Both the position numbers and the translations under genes were made by a program. 64,000 nt of DNA from contig JAKMXF010000350.1 of assembly GCA_024704765.1 (NCBI GenBank), forward strand, positions 1 to 64,000. The letters are read 5' to 3'. The notes below the pieces were generated by a model that saw only the letters and a list, made by a program, of their open reading frames with translations, made no database searches and was not told where the DNA came from. The DNA is from Oopsacas minuta. Lineage: Eukaryota; Animalia; Porifera. Shown here one piece after another: positions 1 through 11,567 of the stretch; positions within the stretch are counted from its first letter, which is position 1, and every line of letters begins with the position of its first letter.

Positions 1-578
1 AAATGGATGGATAAAGCTAACAAGAAGAGTTCTATGAAATATTTAAACACAAGAAATGTAATCGTAAAAATAGACATAGGATTGTTAAAATCAAAATATC
101 CTGATACTACTGAGAATGCGTTTAACTTGTCTACACCTGTGAATAGAGATAAATATCTGAAAACTCAAATACAAAAGAACTATGCAGCTGCATATAACGA
201 AGTAGTGTTTAGCGATAAATTCCTGTAGAAGCTGTCTCAATAGAATATCAGGCTAAGCCAATGTCCGTTAGAAACACACAAACAGCGAATATGCTCTCCC
301 AACTATCTTTACAGTCAACTGCTAATCTAAATACATCCCAGGTGAATGATATTGATGATTCTGAACAAGTTTCTATTCCCACAGAATCAGATTCTATTAA
401 TCCTCATAAAAGTATAGCTAGTGATAGAAGTGAGGATAAACATAGAATTATTCCTATAAAGAATCGTGTACAACATATTGTCAAGAAAAATAACAGTAAA
501 CTTCCCAATCCTAATTCTTTTCAATCATTTTCTCCATTACAGAACTTAATTCAGATAATCTTACTCATGAGTAATTAA
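1..578 (+). CDS. R-S-E type ADP-ribosyltransferase-fold protein, 5'-truncated by the window edge and split by one frameshift (paralogue of 17418-18152)
   Basis: Frame 1 reads KWMDKANKK...VIVKIDI...KTQIQKNYAAAYNEVVFSDK, aligning with the 17418 ORF (KWLNTSNRK...VIVRIDI...KTEIQKKYSAAYSEVVFNS). Restoring one A at 217-219 gives IPVEAVSIEYQAKP (paralogue: IPKEAVFVEF), in frame with ORF 261-578 (MSVRN; paralogue PSVRN). Confidence 0.75.
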
Positions 579-1265
579 GAGTAGGTTACCTAGGATAATT
601 GTCAGACAGAGACTACAGATTATAATTGTACTTTGTACAATCTAGGTTTGTTAGATATTTGGATTTATAACCTTGCATCTTTATATGATTTGAGAATACT
701 AACTTTTGTATTAATAGAATAATTGAGTTTCTTATACTCTTACTGAGACATGTATATGATTCTTTTATTGATATACGTATAGCTATTCATGATTACAAAT
801 TTCATTATTTTATCCGAAATTCGATCTAGAATGCTACAGCTCTGCTTAATATGGTAACTGCAGATCAGGCTATTCTAACCAGATTAAGTAAATAAATACA
901 GGTGGTCCAAACTTCACCAGTGGCTCAAGCTTTATTATGCGGAGTCTATCGTATTTATAATTTCTGATAAAATTTCAAATTATAATTTTGAAGAAAGTAA
1001 AATCAGAATTCTGATTATACATTTTGAAATTCCAAATGAATGCAGAATTTGGGATAATGCCAATTGTTTACTTTATGTTCATACTAACAACAAAGTAATT
1101 TACATATTATTTACTCTAATAATACAGTAGAACATCGGAAAAACGGTCACCCATGGGCGGGAGGACCGAAATAAATGGCCGTAATTCCTGAGTAGCCTTA
1201 TTTGCGAATTTTCTGTTTTCGTTCAAATAGTTCAGAATTCCACTATTATTAATCATACTATTTAG

Positions 1266-1425
1266 CAAGGTTGAAACCGATCGGACCGAATATCAGTATT
1301 CATGAATAGTTGCTTAACCGAATACTGATAATATTCGGTTTGGACCGACCGAATACCGAATACTGATATTCGGTTGGTAACCGAATATTGAACTATTCTC
1401 CAAATATTATTCGGTTGCAACAGTG
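1266..1425. mobile_element. hAT-like MITE remnant with ACCGAATA subterminal repeats
   Basis: Ends CAAGGTTGAAACCGA / TTCGGTTGCAACAGTG form an imperfect inverted repeat; several ACCGAATA/TATTCGGT motifs inside; no clean TSD. Confidence 0.45.
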
Positions 1426-1648
1426 TATAATTATTTAGTGATCACGTCATAAAATGGCGAGATATGAAACCATGTGGAGCTGAAACAAGTTTCTCATTGA
1501 CAGGAAACAGAAATTTAATGACATTTTCCAGTTTTGTCTAGTAAGTACCCTGAATAGCTCAGTAAATGTATAAAACCACTAATCACTATAATTGGGAAAT
1601 AAACAACAACAAATAATAATAATAAATATAACCAATGGGATAGAGAGA

Positions 1649-3551
1649 TTATAGCATCTGTAGACAGTTGTCTTCCTTCATGTCATCAACTGTAACATAG
1701 CCAGATGGTTCTATGAGTATGCAAGAGGGACAGAATATTTGGCACAGTCCATGTCCTGTCTCACAAACTGTTTCAATGAATTTACATTTCCGGTCAATCA
1801 CTTTGATGGAATTATCCCAGAAATCACATATGTATATTCTCCATTCATTTGTGATAGGATTATAGGACAGGTTGAAGTTGTATGCTCCTACTATCTGATC
1901 CTCTGTGAGTATGGACCTTATGAGTTCTCCTTCTGGAGAGAACATTTGTAGAGGAGAGGGAGATCCTGTGAAGAGACATATAACACAATCATCAACAGCC
2001 TTCATGTCCTGTAGCCATGGATACCTGTTGGGTATCTTGGTATGCAGGATAGGATTGAGTAAGTATTCTTGTTCTATACGGAGAGGATCTACCTGCATAA
2101 GGATGAGACTGGGCTTAAGAGTCCTCACATACAAATGCTTAAGGTTAGAGGAGGTACAACAAGCCTGTGGTATTGATATGGTGTGTTCAAGATTCATGCG
2201 AGATGTCTCTATACTATTTTTCCATGTTAAGCTGAATTGTACTAATAAACTTGTATAGCACACGAATACGGACTGTTTGAAGTAGGTCAATGAGGCAGGA
2301 GTATCAGGTAGATGAGGATCATGATGCGAATTATTGCTGCAAGATCATTAGCTCTGTAGAGTGTGACTCTATCACCGTATCCATCCGCTACTATTACGTT
2401 ATTCTCAAATATAATTATACCAGCTCGTGTATCTAATTGGTTGCCCATTTCTCCACCTCTATCAACGCCAGATGTTACAAGGATGTTTCTCTCTTCTTTG
2501 GGTGGAGCTATCCACAGGGGATAGTTATCAATGGTGATAGCAAAAGAAGGAATGTTTATCCTGTTGTTGTAATAGTGACGGATAACTCTGAGTAATAAAT
2601 CATATATATCCTTCAAATCCTTATCTTCCTTATTCTTCCTGATGAGATATTCTAGTGACCTAGCGTCTCTATACAGGAAAGATAGTTCATTGAATGTAAA
2701 AGTCACATCCTCCTCAACATGTGCATACCAATCCTCTATCACTTTGCACTTCTCTTCTATCCTATCTGCATTCCTGGTTTCCAACTCATCTCTAGCTATC
2801 GCATACTCCATATTAAGTCTGTTTAGCCTCATGTCATACCCCTGACATGTGATACCACCGGGAAGCAGATCTCTCTTGGATGGATTTACTGGTTTCATGT
2901 CTTCCTCTATTTCAAGATCTACATAGAAAATGAATTCTCCCTCAATCAATTGTGTCATTCCTTTCCTCATACAATCTGAACACCAAGGTTCTGGAATAGG
3001 ATAAGTCCTCATCTTTAAGATCTCTGCCTTCGGTCTCAGTCTCAGAGATTCGTATCTCTTTACTATCACACTCTCGATCGGTTCTGGGAGTTCAGGGTCT
3101 AGACTATACTGAATTCTATCAATCTTTTCCTCAGCTGTCCCCTTCCACATGATGAGACCGTTTAGGGAGTATAGGGAAGGTTCTGCTAGAGTCTCCTCTA
3201 TGTAGTAGAGGCTGTCTTTGTATTCAATAAGAAGGTAGTCATCGATGATTAGTAAAGATATTTTCTGGAAATGCTTGTCGTATCGCTCCTGGAATGAATC
3301 TTTGAGAGGGACAGGAGTATCATACTCGAGATTACGGATTCATAATCTTCGTAGAGAGGTGATAACGTGTTAACTATTCTAACACCTATTTTTATCTTAT
3401 ATGTCGCTATAATTGTTTCCATTTCATTGAGGATATTTGGTATCCTAACAATATTCCTGCACTCCTGTATTATTCCGGTATATCGTTCCTTCAAGGATAC
3501 ACGTGTTTTTGTGGACAGTACGGAGGCCTTCTTGCTATTTAGCGTTTCCAT
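1649..3551 (-). CDS. Protein with an unrecognised N-terminal region and C-terminal NHL-like beta-propeller; one gene split into three ORFs by two frameshifts
   Basis: ORFs 3249-3575, 2287-3150 and 1649-2290 join if one base is restored near 3336 (YE-IRNLEYDTPVPLKDSFQERY) and one near 2340 (RANDL-CSNNSHHDPHLPDTPASLTYF). NHL-type motifs NVIVADGYGDRVTLY and IYICDFWDNSIKVID. First ATG at 3551. Confidence 0.65.
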
Positions 3552-4185
3552 TTCCAACTGGAACCCTCTAGACAATTCGTAAATTTATTTAACTTGAATT
3601 TCTTGTAGTCAATGGACCGAATTTCCTTTAATCTATCCTCGTACTTTTTCAACATTTCTGAGCCTTTGAATGTGTTACCTAACTCATGTTTATTGTCAAT
3701 TCAAATATTCTTTGTAGTCAGTTCATATTTTAGTTAATAGAAATGTTGTAGCAGTTCTTTTTATAGAAATATCTCTTCGTTATTATTTGTATTATAATTA
3801 AGTTATACTTTCAATGTAAGTAGAACTTTCTATGTGAAGTAATGTGTTGCAAAAAGGTAGTAAATAAATCGAATAAACAACGAACAAACAAACAGAAATT
3901 AAGCAAATACTCAAAATCCGATAAATCTCAAAAACTCTCTTAAAACTATGATATTCACACATAATCTAAAAATACCAATCCTGTATATAACAAGTAACAC
4001 CTTATTAAGAAAGTGGTTCGTAATCGTCTTGCTTCCGTATGTAACACCTTCCAATCATATATGCCATGTATCTATAAATGATCACTAACAGATATAAATG
4101 TTCTTATACAACTGTTATAGAAAAGAAAGATAAATAGATAATAACATTGTAAATGTCATAAACCAGTACGAATAAATATAGATAA

Positions 4186-5409
4186 TTAGAATATGAGAAG
4201 GCGATGGTTAAAACCCACTACAACGATATTTCCCCCGGCATCTACAGTCACTCCCATTGGTTTAGAAATACTCTGACGGATTTTATGAATCAATTTACCA
4301 TTTGAATCAAGGATTGCCACAAAACCTCTGTTATTATCAGATACCAGAAACCTACCAGCTCCATCAATACAGAACGAGTAAGAGAATTTGATTAATCTGC
4401 TGACTGAATTTGAAATCTCACTGTATAGCAGAGTTTTGTTTTTGTCAAATTCAAGGATAAATGGAGCTCTACAAATAAGAACGAAAATGGAATATTTAGT
4501 CAGACTAATTGCACAGGGAGAAACCATTGTATCGTGTCCAAAGGTAGAGACTGCGTATTCTGAGAAAATTTGTATTCTATTATTATAATGGTCGCATACA
4601 TAAATATCACCTGTAACTACATCTATAGCTAGACCACGAGGATCATTGAGCTCACTTATCCCACTCCCTTGACTTCCAATCTGATTAATGAAGTTCCCAT
4701 CCAAATCGTATACCAACAGACAACCAAATGATTGCTGACCTACAAAAACTCTCCTCTGACTGATAGCAATGCATGTTGGAAGTCCCATATTTCCAGGCCC
4801 GTTTTTATCCCCAAACTTGAACTTATACCTTCCTTCATTATCGAATACCTGTACTCTTCCATTGATATGATCTGCTATATACATATTATTACTTGCATAG
4901 TCTATAGCTACTCCCCATGGAGAGTTAAATTGTCCATCGGCACTATTAGCTATCCTCCCTACACTTATAACAGGGCTTATCTTTCCTTTGTATTTCGCTG
5001 ATGGTAGATTTGATACACAGATATTACTCACGGTTATCTCCCCGAAATTCCTAATCTTTTCAAACAATGTAGTATCAAAATCGAATAGGATTTGCTTATT
5101 ATTGTTAAACTGAGAGCTGTTTTCTTCGGTAATATCATAACTGTCTCCGTCATCTCCTAGAAATTCAGTTGGAAATATATTCTCAACTAATTCAATAGTT
5201 TGTTTTATTTCTGTTGTGAATTGTCTCTGGTTTATGGAGGCTCTCCTATAATTACCTCTCAATTCCTTGAGCTTATTCAGGAGTATGTCCTTTCTGTTTC
5301 TCAAACATATAATTAGTTTTTCGAAAAGGCTTTCAACTTCAGTTTCTGCCCTCAATACTTCACTCTCAAAATATGAATATTCAGGGATATTATGATGTAA
5401 GGATGCCAT
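4186..5409 (-). CDS. Coiled-coil + NHL-repeat protein (TRIM71/brat-like C-terminal module, no RING)
   Basis: 407-aa intact ORF; N-terminal coiled coil, then NHL repeats GQFNSPWGVAIDYASNNMYIADHINGRVQVFD and ELNDPRGLAIDVVTGDIYVCDHYNNRIQIF. Confidence 0.9.
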   Translation of the reverse strand: MASLHHNIPEYSYFESEVLRAETEVESLFEKLIICLRNRKDILLNKLKELRGNYRRASINQRQFTTEIKQTIELVENIFPTEFLGDDGDSYDITEENSSQFNNNKQILFDFDTTLFEKIRNFGEITVSNICVSNLPSAKYKGKISPVISVGRIANSADGQFNSPWGVAIDYASNNMYIADHINGRVQVFDNEGRYKFKFGDKNGPGNMGLPTCIAISQRRVFVGQQSFGCLLVYDLDGNFINQIGSQGSGISELNDPRGLAIDVVTGDIYVCDHYNNRIQIFSEYAVSTFGHDTMVSPCAISLTKYSIFVLICRAPFILEFDKNKTLLYSEISNSVSRLIKFSYSFCIDGAGRFLVSDNNRGFVAILDSNGKLIHKIRQSISKPMGVTVDAGGNIVVVGFNHRLLIF

Positions 5410-5909
5410 GAATGAATATGTCTATTGTACTACCTTTGAATAATACGTAAATATAATTTTGAAATCTTAAATAGTTGTATTGAGATATAAATAGTATAAT
5501 ATTAATTATTTAATTGGTATTAGTTAGATAATATATTTATCCAGTACATAGGTAGGTGATAGTCATATTAATGGTAATTAGTTCAGATGAAACGCTTGCA
5601 AATTACCAACAATAATAAGAATTAGGGGTGAAAGGGTATTCGTTTGATTATAATCAAATGGATATTTTTTGGAAACAAGCGAATATTCGGCATATTCGTT
5701 TCAGTTCTATTCAAATATGTAAACATCGATCAGCCATATAGAATGCTATGGTTCAGCATAATTGATAAACAGTAATAGTCTGGTACAACTTATTACGAAT
5801 ATTTTTAACATGACATTTCCTTGACAAAAGACAAACAAACTAAGTAACAATAATTGTGATTTAATATGTATTTTGTTGTATTTAGAATTTAGAATAAATT
5901 CAGAAGTCA

Positions 5910-6800
5910 ATGGCATCCAAAGCTAATATTTTAGACGCTAGAGTAGATGAAATCAAAGTTGAAATTGAAATGATATTTCAGAACATAATTGCATCTTTCC
6001 TAGAAAGAAAGAACACATTATTGCTGCAATTAGAAGAGAGGGTTCGACAATCCACAGATGCTTATACTGTTTTGATGAATGAACATTTAGAGTTAGTAAA
6101 AATGAGAGATCAGTTAGAAGAGAGTTTGAACAAGAATCAGTATAGTGATCTTAGAACTGACATGCTTGGTCCATTACAATCCAGGATTCTTGAACAAGAA
6201 AAGAAATTACATTCTGAATTCAATATGGAGTTTACATATACTGGATTTGAACACTTGATAAATATTATTGAATATTTTGGAGAATTTTCATTTCAGAAAC
6301 CTTCATCTAATATTTGTCTTCCTGAAACTCGCTCAATTCCAATTCCACCACCTGATATACCCGCTAGCTTTCTCTTTGGCACATATACACATCCATATAG
6401 AGGGTCTCGTTCTTCAACCAGTACCACTCCTCATCCAATTCCAGTTACTAATCGTGGTGCAACTGGAGGTTCTTTAATACCCCAACCACCCCCTGATATC
6501 CCCATGAGATTTCTTTTAGGTACATATACACGTCCACACCAAACAAGAGGTTCAATTTCTTTCCGTCCAACAGGGGGAGCTACTCCTCATCGAACACGGT
6601 CATTCAATCGTCATGCAACTAGAGGTTCCTTTATACCCCTTCCACCCCCGGATATACCCCGGAGCTTCCTGTTAGGAACAAATTCTACACGTTCCCGTTC
6701 TACAAGAGGCACAGCTCCACAGACCTATTCAAGATCTACTGCTTCTAACCCTAGACTGAGAGCTTTCTTCTCCTTACTGGGTAGTCACACTAATACATGA
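5910..6800 (+). CDS. Coiled-coil protein of the same family with a Pro/Arg/Thr-rich repeat tail instead of NHL repeats
   Basis: N-terminal 130 aa resemble the 4186-5409 coiled coil (FLERKNTLLLQL vs LRNRKDILLNKL; EYFGEF vs RNFGEI); tail has three PxPPPDIPxxFLxGT units. Confidence 0.7.
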   Translation: MASKANILDARVDEIKVEIEMIFQNIIASFLERKNTLLLQLEERVRQSTDAYTVLMNEHLELVKMRDQLEESLNKNQYSDLRTDMLGPLQSRILEQEKKLHSEFNMEFTYTGFEHLINIIEYFGEFSFQKPSSNICLPETRSIPIPPPDIPASFLFGTYTHPYRGSRSSTSTTPHPIPVTNRGATGGSLIPQPPPDIPMRFLLGTYTRPHQTRGSISFRPTGGATPHRTRSFNRHATRGSFIPLPPPDIPRSFLLGTNSTRSRSTRGTAPQTYSRSTASNPRLRAFFSLLGSHTNT

Positions 6801-7026
6801 ATTGTCATACAGTGTATATTGGATTCATCTGAATTTCTATTATCTAATTTTCTAGCATTAATTATCATCACAAAACCTCAGGACAGACTGACTTTGTTTA
6901 TATTGAATATTTTTGTATGCATTTATGTAAATATGAACTTGGAATTTTACAGTTATTTACTGCTATCATTATTACGTAACTGTGTTTTACTACTATAGGT
7001 GCATGCAGTAATGGCGAATTAGACTA

Positions 7027-7193
7027 CAGTGGAGTCTCCCAAAACGGACAACCTCATGCAACGGACAAACTTCGTGGCATGGATTGAATTTGCTAAGCAT
7101 GTAATGATACTTAAGCAGTCTCCGAGGAGCGGACAATTTTCTACAACGGACAGAAGCCGTGTCCACAACGTGTCCGTTATACGGAGACTACTG
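7027..7193. mobile_element. Tc1/mariner-type MITE (TA TSD, CAGT termini)
   Basis: TA|CAGTGGAGTCTCCCAAAACGGACA ... TGTCCGTTATACGGAGACTACTG|TA. Confidence 0.85.
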
Positions 7194-7903
7194 TATACAT
7201 TTATACTCAGTTGAGTCACTTAATTAGTCTTCTTCCCAATTAAGTAATCTTTATTCATGTGTAACCTATTTTTACCGACTATACTTTAGTATAGACGGTA
7301 CAGTATTGAAATGGTTGCTTGTATTTTTCTTTTTTTTGGTTATTAACGTTTAAGTGAGTGTGCGAATACGCTGCTGAATCTGCTGCAATGATAATCAAAC
7401 TTTAAAATTGTCATAGAAACTTGATTTCTATTCAGCTATGCTTGGGTTATCGAGTACACCGATTCTGAGTATCGCACTTTCAAGTTTCTCTTATGTTAAT
7501 TATTGTTGTTCTTAAGAATTTGTTGCTCTTATGAAGATAATTTCGAGTCACGAAGTGGCAGAGCTCTACGGTCTACACAAGGATCAAGACTTCGCAAGCC
7601 ATACAGTGGGAGATAGAGCGTAGCACGCTCGTATAGATTATACATGATACAATATGTATATTTGTACTGCTTATTGTCTCAATTTCGCTATTTCGGTTAT
7701 CGCGTCATCTCTCTATATAGTATTATTGTAATCGCCATTAAAGATATTGAAGCAAATATACATTCCCTGTATCCTAGCTCTGAGATTTCTAGTTACACAC
7801 CAGAGTTCAGCTATGGTACGGATACGTATCTACCAATAAATAATATATCTGAGGATAATAGGTTATTATAAAACTATAGTAAATGTTCGTTGTTCTGTCA
7901 ATC

Positions 7904-9374
7904 CTAGACTCTCTTCTCGAATGATAGATTCAACCCTTCAGGTTTGATTAAAACTTCGAATTTAGGATCAGGTTCCTTTACTAGATGCAACTTATAGGAG
8001 CTACAGAGGTGCGCTGTAATCAGCTGCATCTGTGCTTCAGCTATCCTCCTACCAACACACATTCGCGGACCTGTACCAAAAGGTATAAAAGAGAATGGAT
8101 CTATTTCTTTCCTACTCTCCCATCTCTCTGGTATAAACTCAAGAGGATCTCTCCAGTAATTTTCATTCAATCCTATTCCATAGATATCAGCGAATACTTG
8201 CGTATCCTTTGGAATGCAAACTCCTCCAATCGTAGATTCCTCTGGCAATATTCTAGTAAATGTACCTACAGTAAGGGTAACCCTCATTGTCTCCTTTAAG
8301 CACATCTTCATATAGTGTAACTTGTTGAAATGTTCAGCTGTTACAACAGAGCTATCTCCTATTACTGAGTGCAGTTCTTCACATAGCTTTCTTGCACCTT
8401 GAGGTTCTTAGCCAGATTGTACCATAACCATTGAGTAGATGTGGTTGTTGTATCCACTCCTGCCCCTATAGGCTAATAAATGTATTAATAATTTCCTTCT
8501 CATCAAAGTCAGTCTCAGTTTGTAAATATTCAAGCATTGTGATTTGCTCTCTATCAGGATCCTTGGGCAGGGTGGCTGATACCTGGATCTGTTTATTGTT
8601 GTATTTTATTACTGTTTGTAGAGATTCAATCAATTTTCGAATTTTCTTTCTTTGAAAGTATGACAACAATTCTATATCTTTTGTACTTCCGAAACTTCGT
8701 ACTATTGACATCATGGCTTGGAAGTACTCTGAAGTTTCTTCTGTCATTTCTGTGCTGCTAAATATATGAAATGCCATATAATTAGCAGAGTTAACCGTCC
8801 ATAAACGCAATCTCTCTACAATTGGATCAAAATTCATCTGTCCTCTTCTTTGTATATCTATTATGTCTGTGACTACACACTTTGCTATTTCACTCAATTT
8901 TGGAAAGTAACCCAAAATGAATTTTGGACGTAGTAATCGTTTTGATAAGGTATCCCGAAGTCGTTTCCATTCTGCGCCATACGAAATAATAAACCTTTCT
9001 TTAAACCAAGCATTTCCATGGCTCTTCTAATATTCAATCCAGAATTTCCCCTATAAGGGTTTTTACCTTCTTTCGCGGACAATTCTGCAAGCAAAGAAGG
9101 TGTACTGATAACGAGTTGTTTAGGACTGAAAAAGAAAGGTTGGAAAGCGTATATTCTCCTAGTTCTTTACTTCTTTTATAGAAAAACTCGTGCAATTTAG
9201 ACATCGGATGTCTTGTTAGTTCTAGATCTACTAGTCCGAGAAATCTCTTTGCAGTTGGAAGGTCATCAAGGTGTGTCGCAGCCACAACATCTCTTTTGAG
9301 GATATTCTCTGTACTTATGGTACGTGATGGAATTACGAGAGGAGATCTTCGAAATTGAGTAGGAGGCGAAACAT
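7904..9374 (-). CDS. Intronless cytochrome P450, mitochondrial-clan-like; interrupted by at least five single-base frameshifts
   Basis: Reconstruction: MFRLLLNFRRSPLVIPSRTIST (Arg/Ser-rich leader) ... LGEIYAFQ ... GLLFSYGAEWKRLRDTLSKRLLRPK ... IGAGVDTTT (I-helix) ... QEKLCEEL ... ETMR (ExxR) ... FIPERW ... FGTGPRMCVGRRIAE (heme motif). About 490 aa. Confidence 0.9.
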
Positions 9375-9422
9375 TGCGAATAGAATGGCGGATAAATATA
9401 TTTGTTTCCAAATAACTGATAT

Positions 9423-9585
9423 ATATATATAGCTCAACTATACTATAGTACAGTTTTTGTGTATTAACTTTTCTATGTTCGAGGGAAGGTCCTTTGTTAG
9501 GCCTAATAAAGTCATCTTTATGGAATGAGGGTATGGGGTTTTGTATTACAAAAAACTGTACTATACTATAGTTGAGCTATATATA
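9423..9585. mobile_element. MITE with ~36-bp terminal inverted repeats about 50 bp upstream of the P450 start
   Basis: TATATATAGCTCAACTATACTATAGTACAGTTTTTG ... CAAAAAACTGTACTATACTATAGTTGAGCTATATATA. Confidence 0.75.
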
Positions 9586-9854
9586 AAGAATCTGATTTGT
9601 TTCTATATTTTGCAAGTGATTACATTATGGAACTGTTTACTCCTTCCAATGTGCGAATTAGTGACTTTCCTTTTGAAGGTTATATCTTCACTGACACGTG
9701 CTTCTAGATTATATCTGGGTGGCCAAAAGTTTGGAGACAAACATAAAATTATTTATTATTATGTATTTCTGCTATTATTTACTTACCATTTAACCATGAT
9801 GATGATAACTTAACATAAAATTATTTGATAATTCTATTTATTTTATAGAATATA

Positions 9855-10318
9855 CAAGCCTTTGTCTCGTCGCTTCGCGATGAACTCGACGAATTGCGCC
9901 TCGAGGTATCCATTATACTCCAAATTGACGGTCCCTTTGAGTAATATTATATTATAGATGTATATAGAACAATGTAATTCACAAATATACGTATATGGTA
10001 TATATATTATTGAATCATTTGTAAGATCAACCTCCTTTGTAGCCGTTGAGAGCAAGTATCTAGGTAAACTTTGAGAATTTGCTCATTTGTTTACTTTATA
10101 TTCATAAAAACAACAATAAATTTACCTATGATTAATCCAAAAGTGTGAAAATCGGATTCAGCATGTTCGATATATATAGTGAAGTTTATTCGAATTTTAT
10201 TTACTTCTTTGATAAACACAATAAATACAAAGTTATGCGACAATTTCAAAATTGCATACCGTAAATCCTTTCCTTGACAACGGATAAACAACAATTGAGA
10301 TTTAATAATTATAGGTTT
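9855..10318 (-). mobile_element. Non-autonomous Helitron-like repeat family member
   Basis: Core TTTACTTTATATTCATAAAAACAACAATAAATTTAC...AAAATCGGATTCAGCATGTTCGATATA recurs at ~18660, ~25160, ~58210 and inverted at ~50800-50935. A GC-rich hairpin end (CGATGAACTCG...TTGCGCCTCGAGGTAT) recurs at ~24980 and ~58030. The other end reads TCTATATTAT plus a GTTT/GTCT microsatellite on the reverse strand. Confidence 0.55.
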
Positions 10319-11567
10319 TTCTAGTAAATTTCAAATTAGGAAATTTCGCAAATTGTCATGGGGCAAATTATTGGACTGTTCAAAGCTGGGAAATCATGCA
10401 AAGAGATCGTTTCAATATTTGGAAACGAAAATAGAAGCTGACTGGCTCAGCACAGGTACTTTCTTGGTCAGGTAGGCTGTCCGGGTTAACTCCTCGAGTT
10501 CTAAACATATAGGGCTAATCCAGTTCGCTGAATCCCAATTTCACATTCTTAAACTCTCCTATGTAATTCTTTGTTGTTTTTATTAATATAGAGTAAACAA
10601 ATATTTGAAATATTTATTTATTGATTAATTTTTTCAATTTTATACTTTCCTAAATTCGAGGCATTATTTGCCGAGTCCCATGTGAACACAAAGTGTTACC
10701 AAGCCCCGCAGCGCGACCAAGCGAAGCTGCTCGTATGTATTATAACCCTGGACTCAGGAATTTTGGCGAAAATTCTGTACAATAGTCAGCCTAAACATAC
10801 CTAATACACATATCCCACGCTAGTATTGTCATATCGGTGTTTTCACAGCTGAATAAATAGGTTGGGCAATCCTGTGTTATTTTATTAATCCCTGAATCAT
10901 TATAATAGGGGAATTATGAATCTTTAGCACCGATTGATATTTCTAATTGCAAGATGGAACTCCAATAGTTCATTGAATATATTTAGTATAATGTTGTTAT
11001 AACAAGTTTGGCTAGTACTAAATAACTCCGTAGATACGAGACTTATCTCGTAGGGATTAGATCAAATTTAACACAGAATAGTGAGATAGTTCACCCACAT
11101 AACTATATCATTATTAATTACAGTGTATGTAGTCCAGACTATAAAAATACTGCGAAATTATATTCCTATATGATGTATACTTATATATGGTGTATTCCTA
11201 TGTGGCGTATCTGTCAAGCCAAAAATTGTCCCCCCCCGGATCATTTTTGGTTGCCAACTATTTGACGTGAGGATTTGAACTCTTGCGTCCAGCTTGGTCC
11301 GCCTCGTTGAAGGACATTTTTGGCACCCTTGATTGCTGACTGGTGTATCTTGGAGCGTTACTGTAAGAGCAGATGGCATTTTTATCGATTTAGATTTTTT
11401 GATGAATTCACTCCACATTCTAGAAGAAATCTAGGCCGGACCAATATTGTCCTGGCCTATCCACTGTATAATTATTATACATAAATACCGAATATGCTAC
11501 CTGAAATCACATATAAGAGGAAGTACATGCATACATAGAATACTGTAATATAGGAAGTTTGGAAGAA

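Noticed and set aside
7904-9374. P450 pieces as separate exons, or programmed -1 ribosomal frameshifting
   Set aside because: The pieces abut with no room for introns. The shift sites share no X-XXY-YYZ slippery motif, and five successive shifts would give negligible product.
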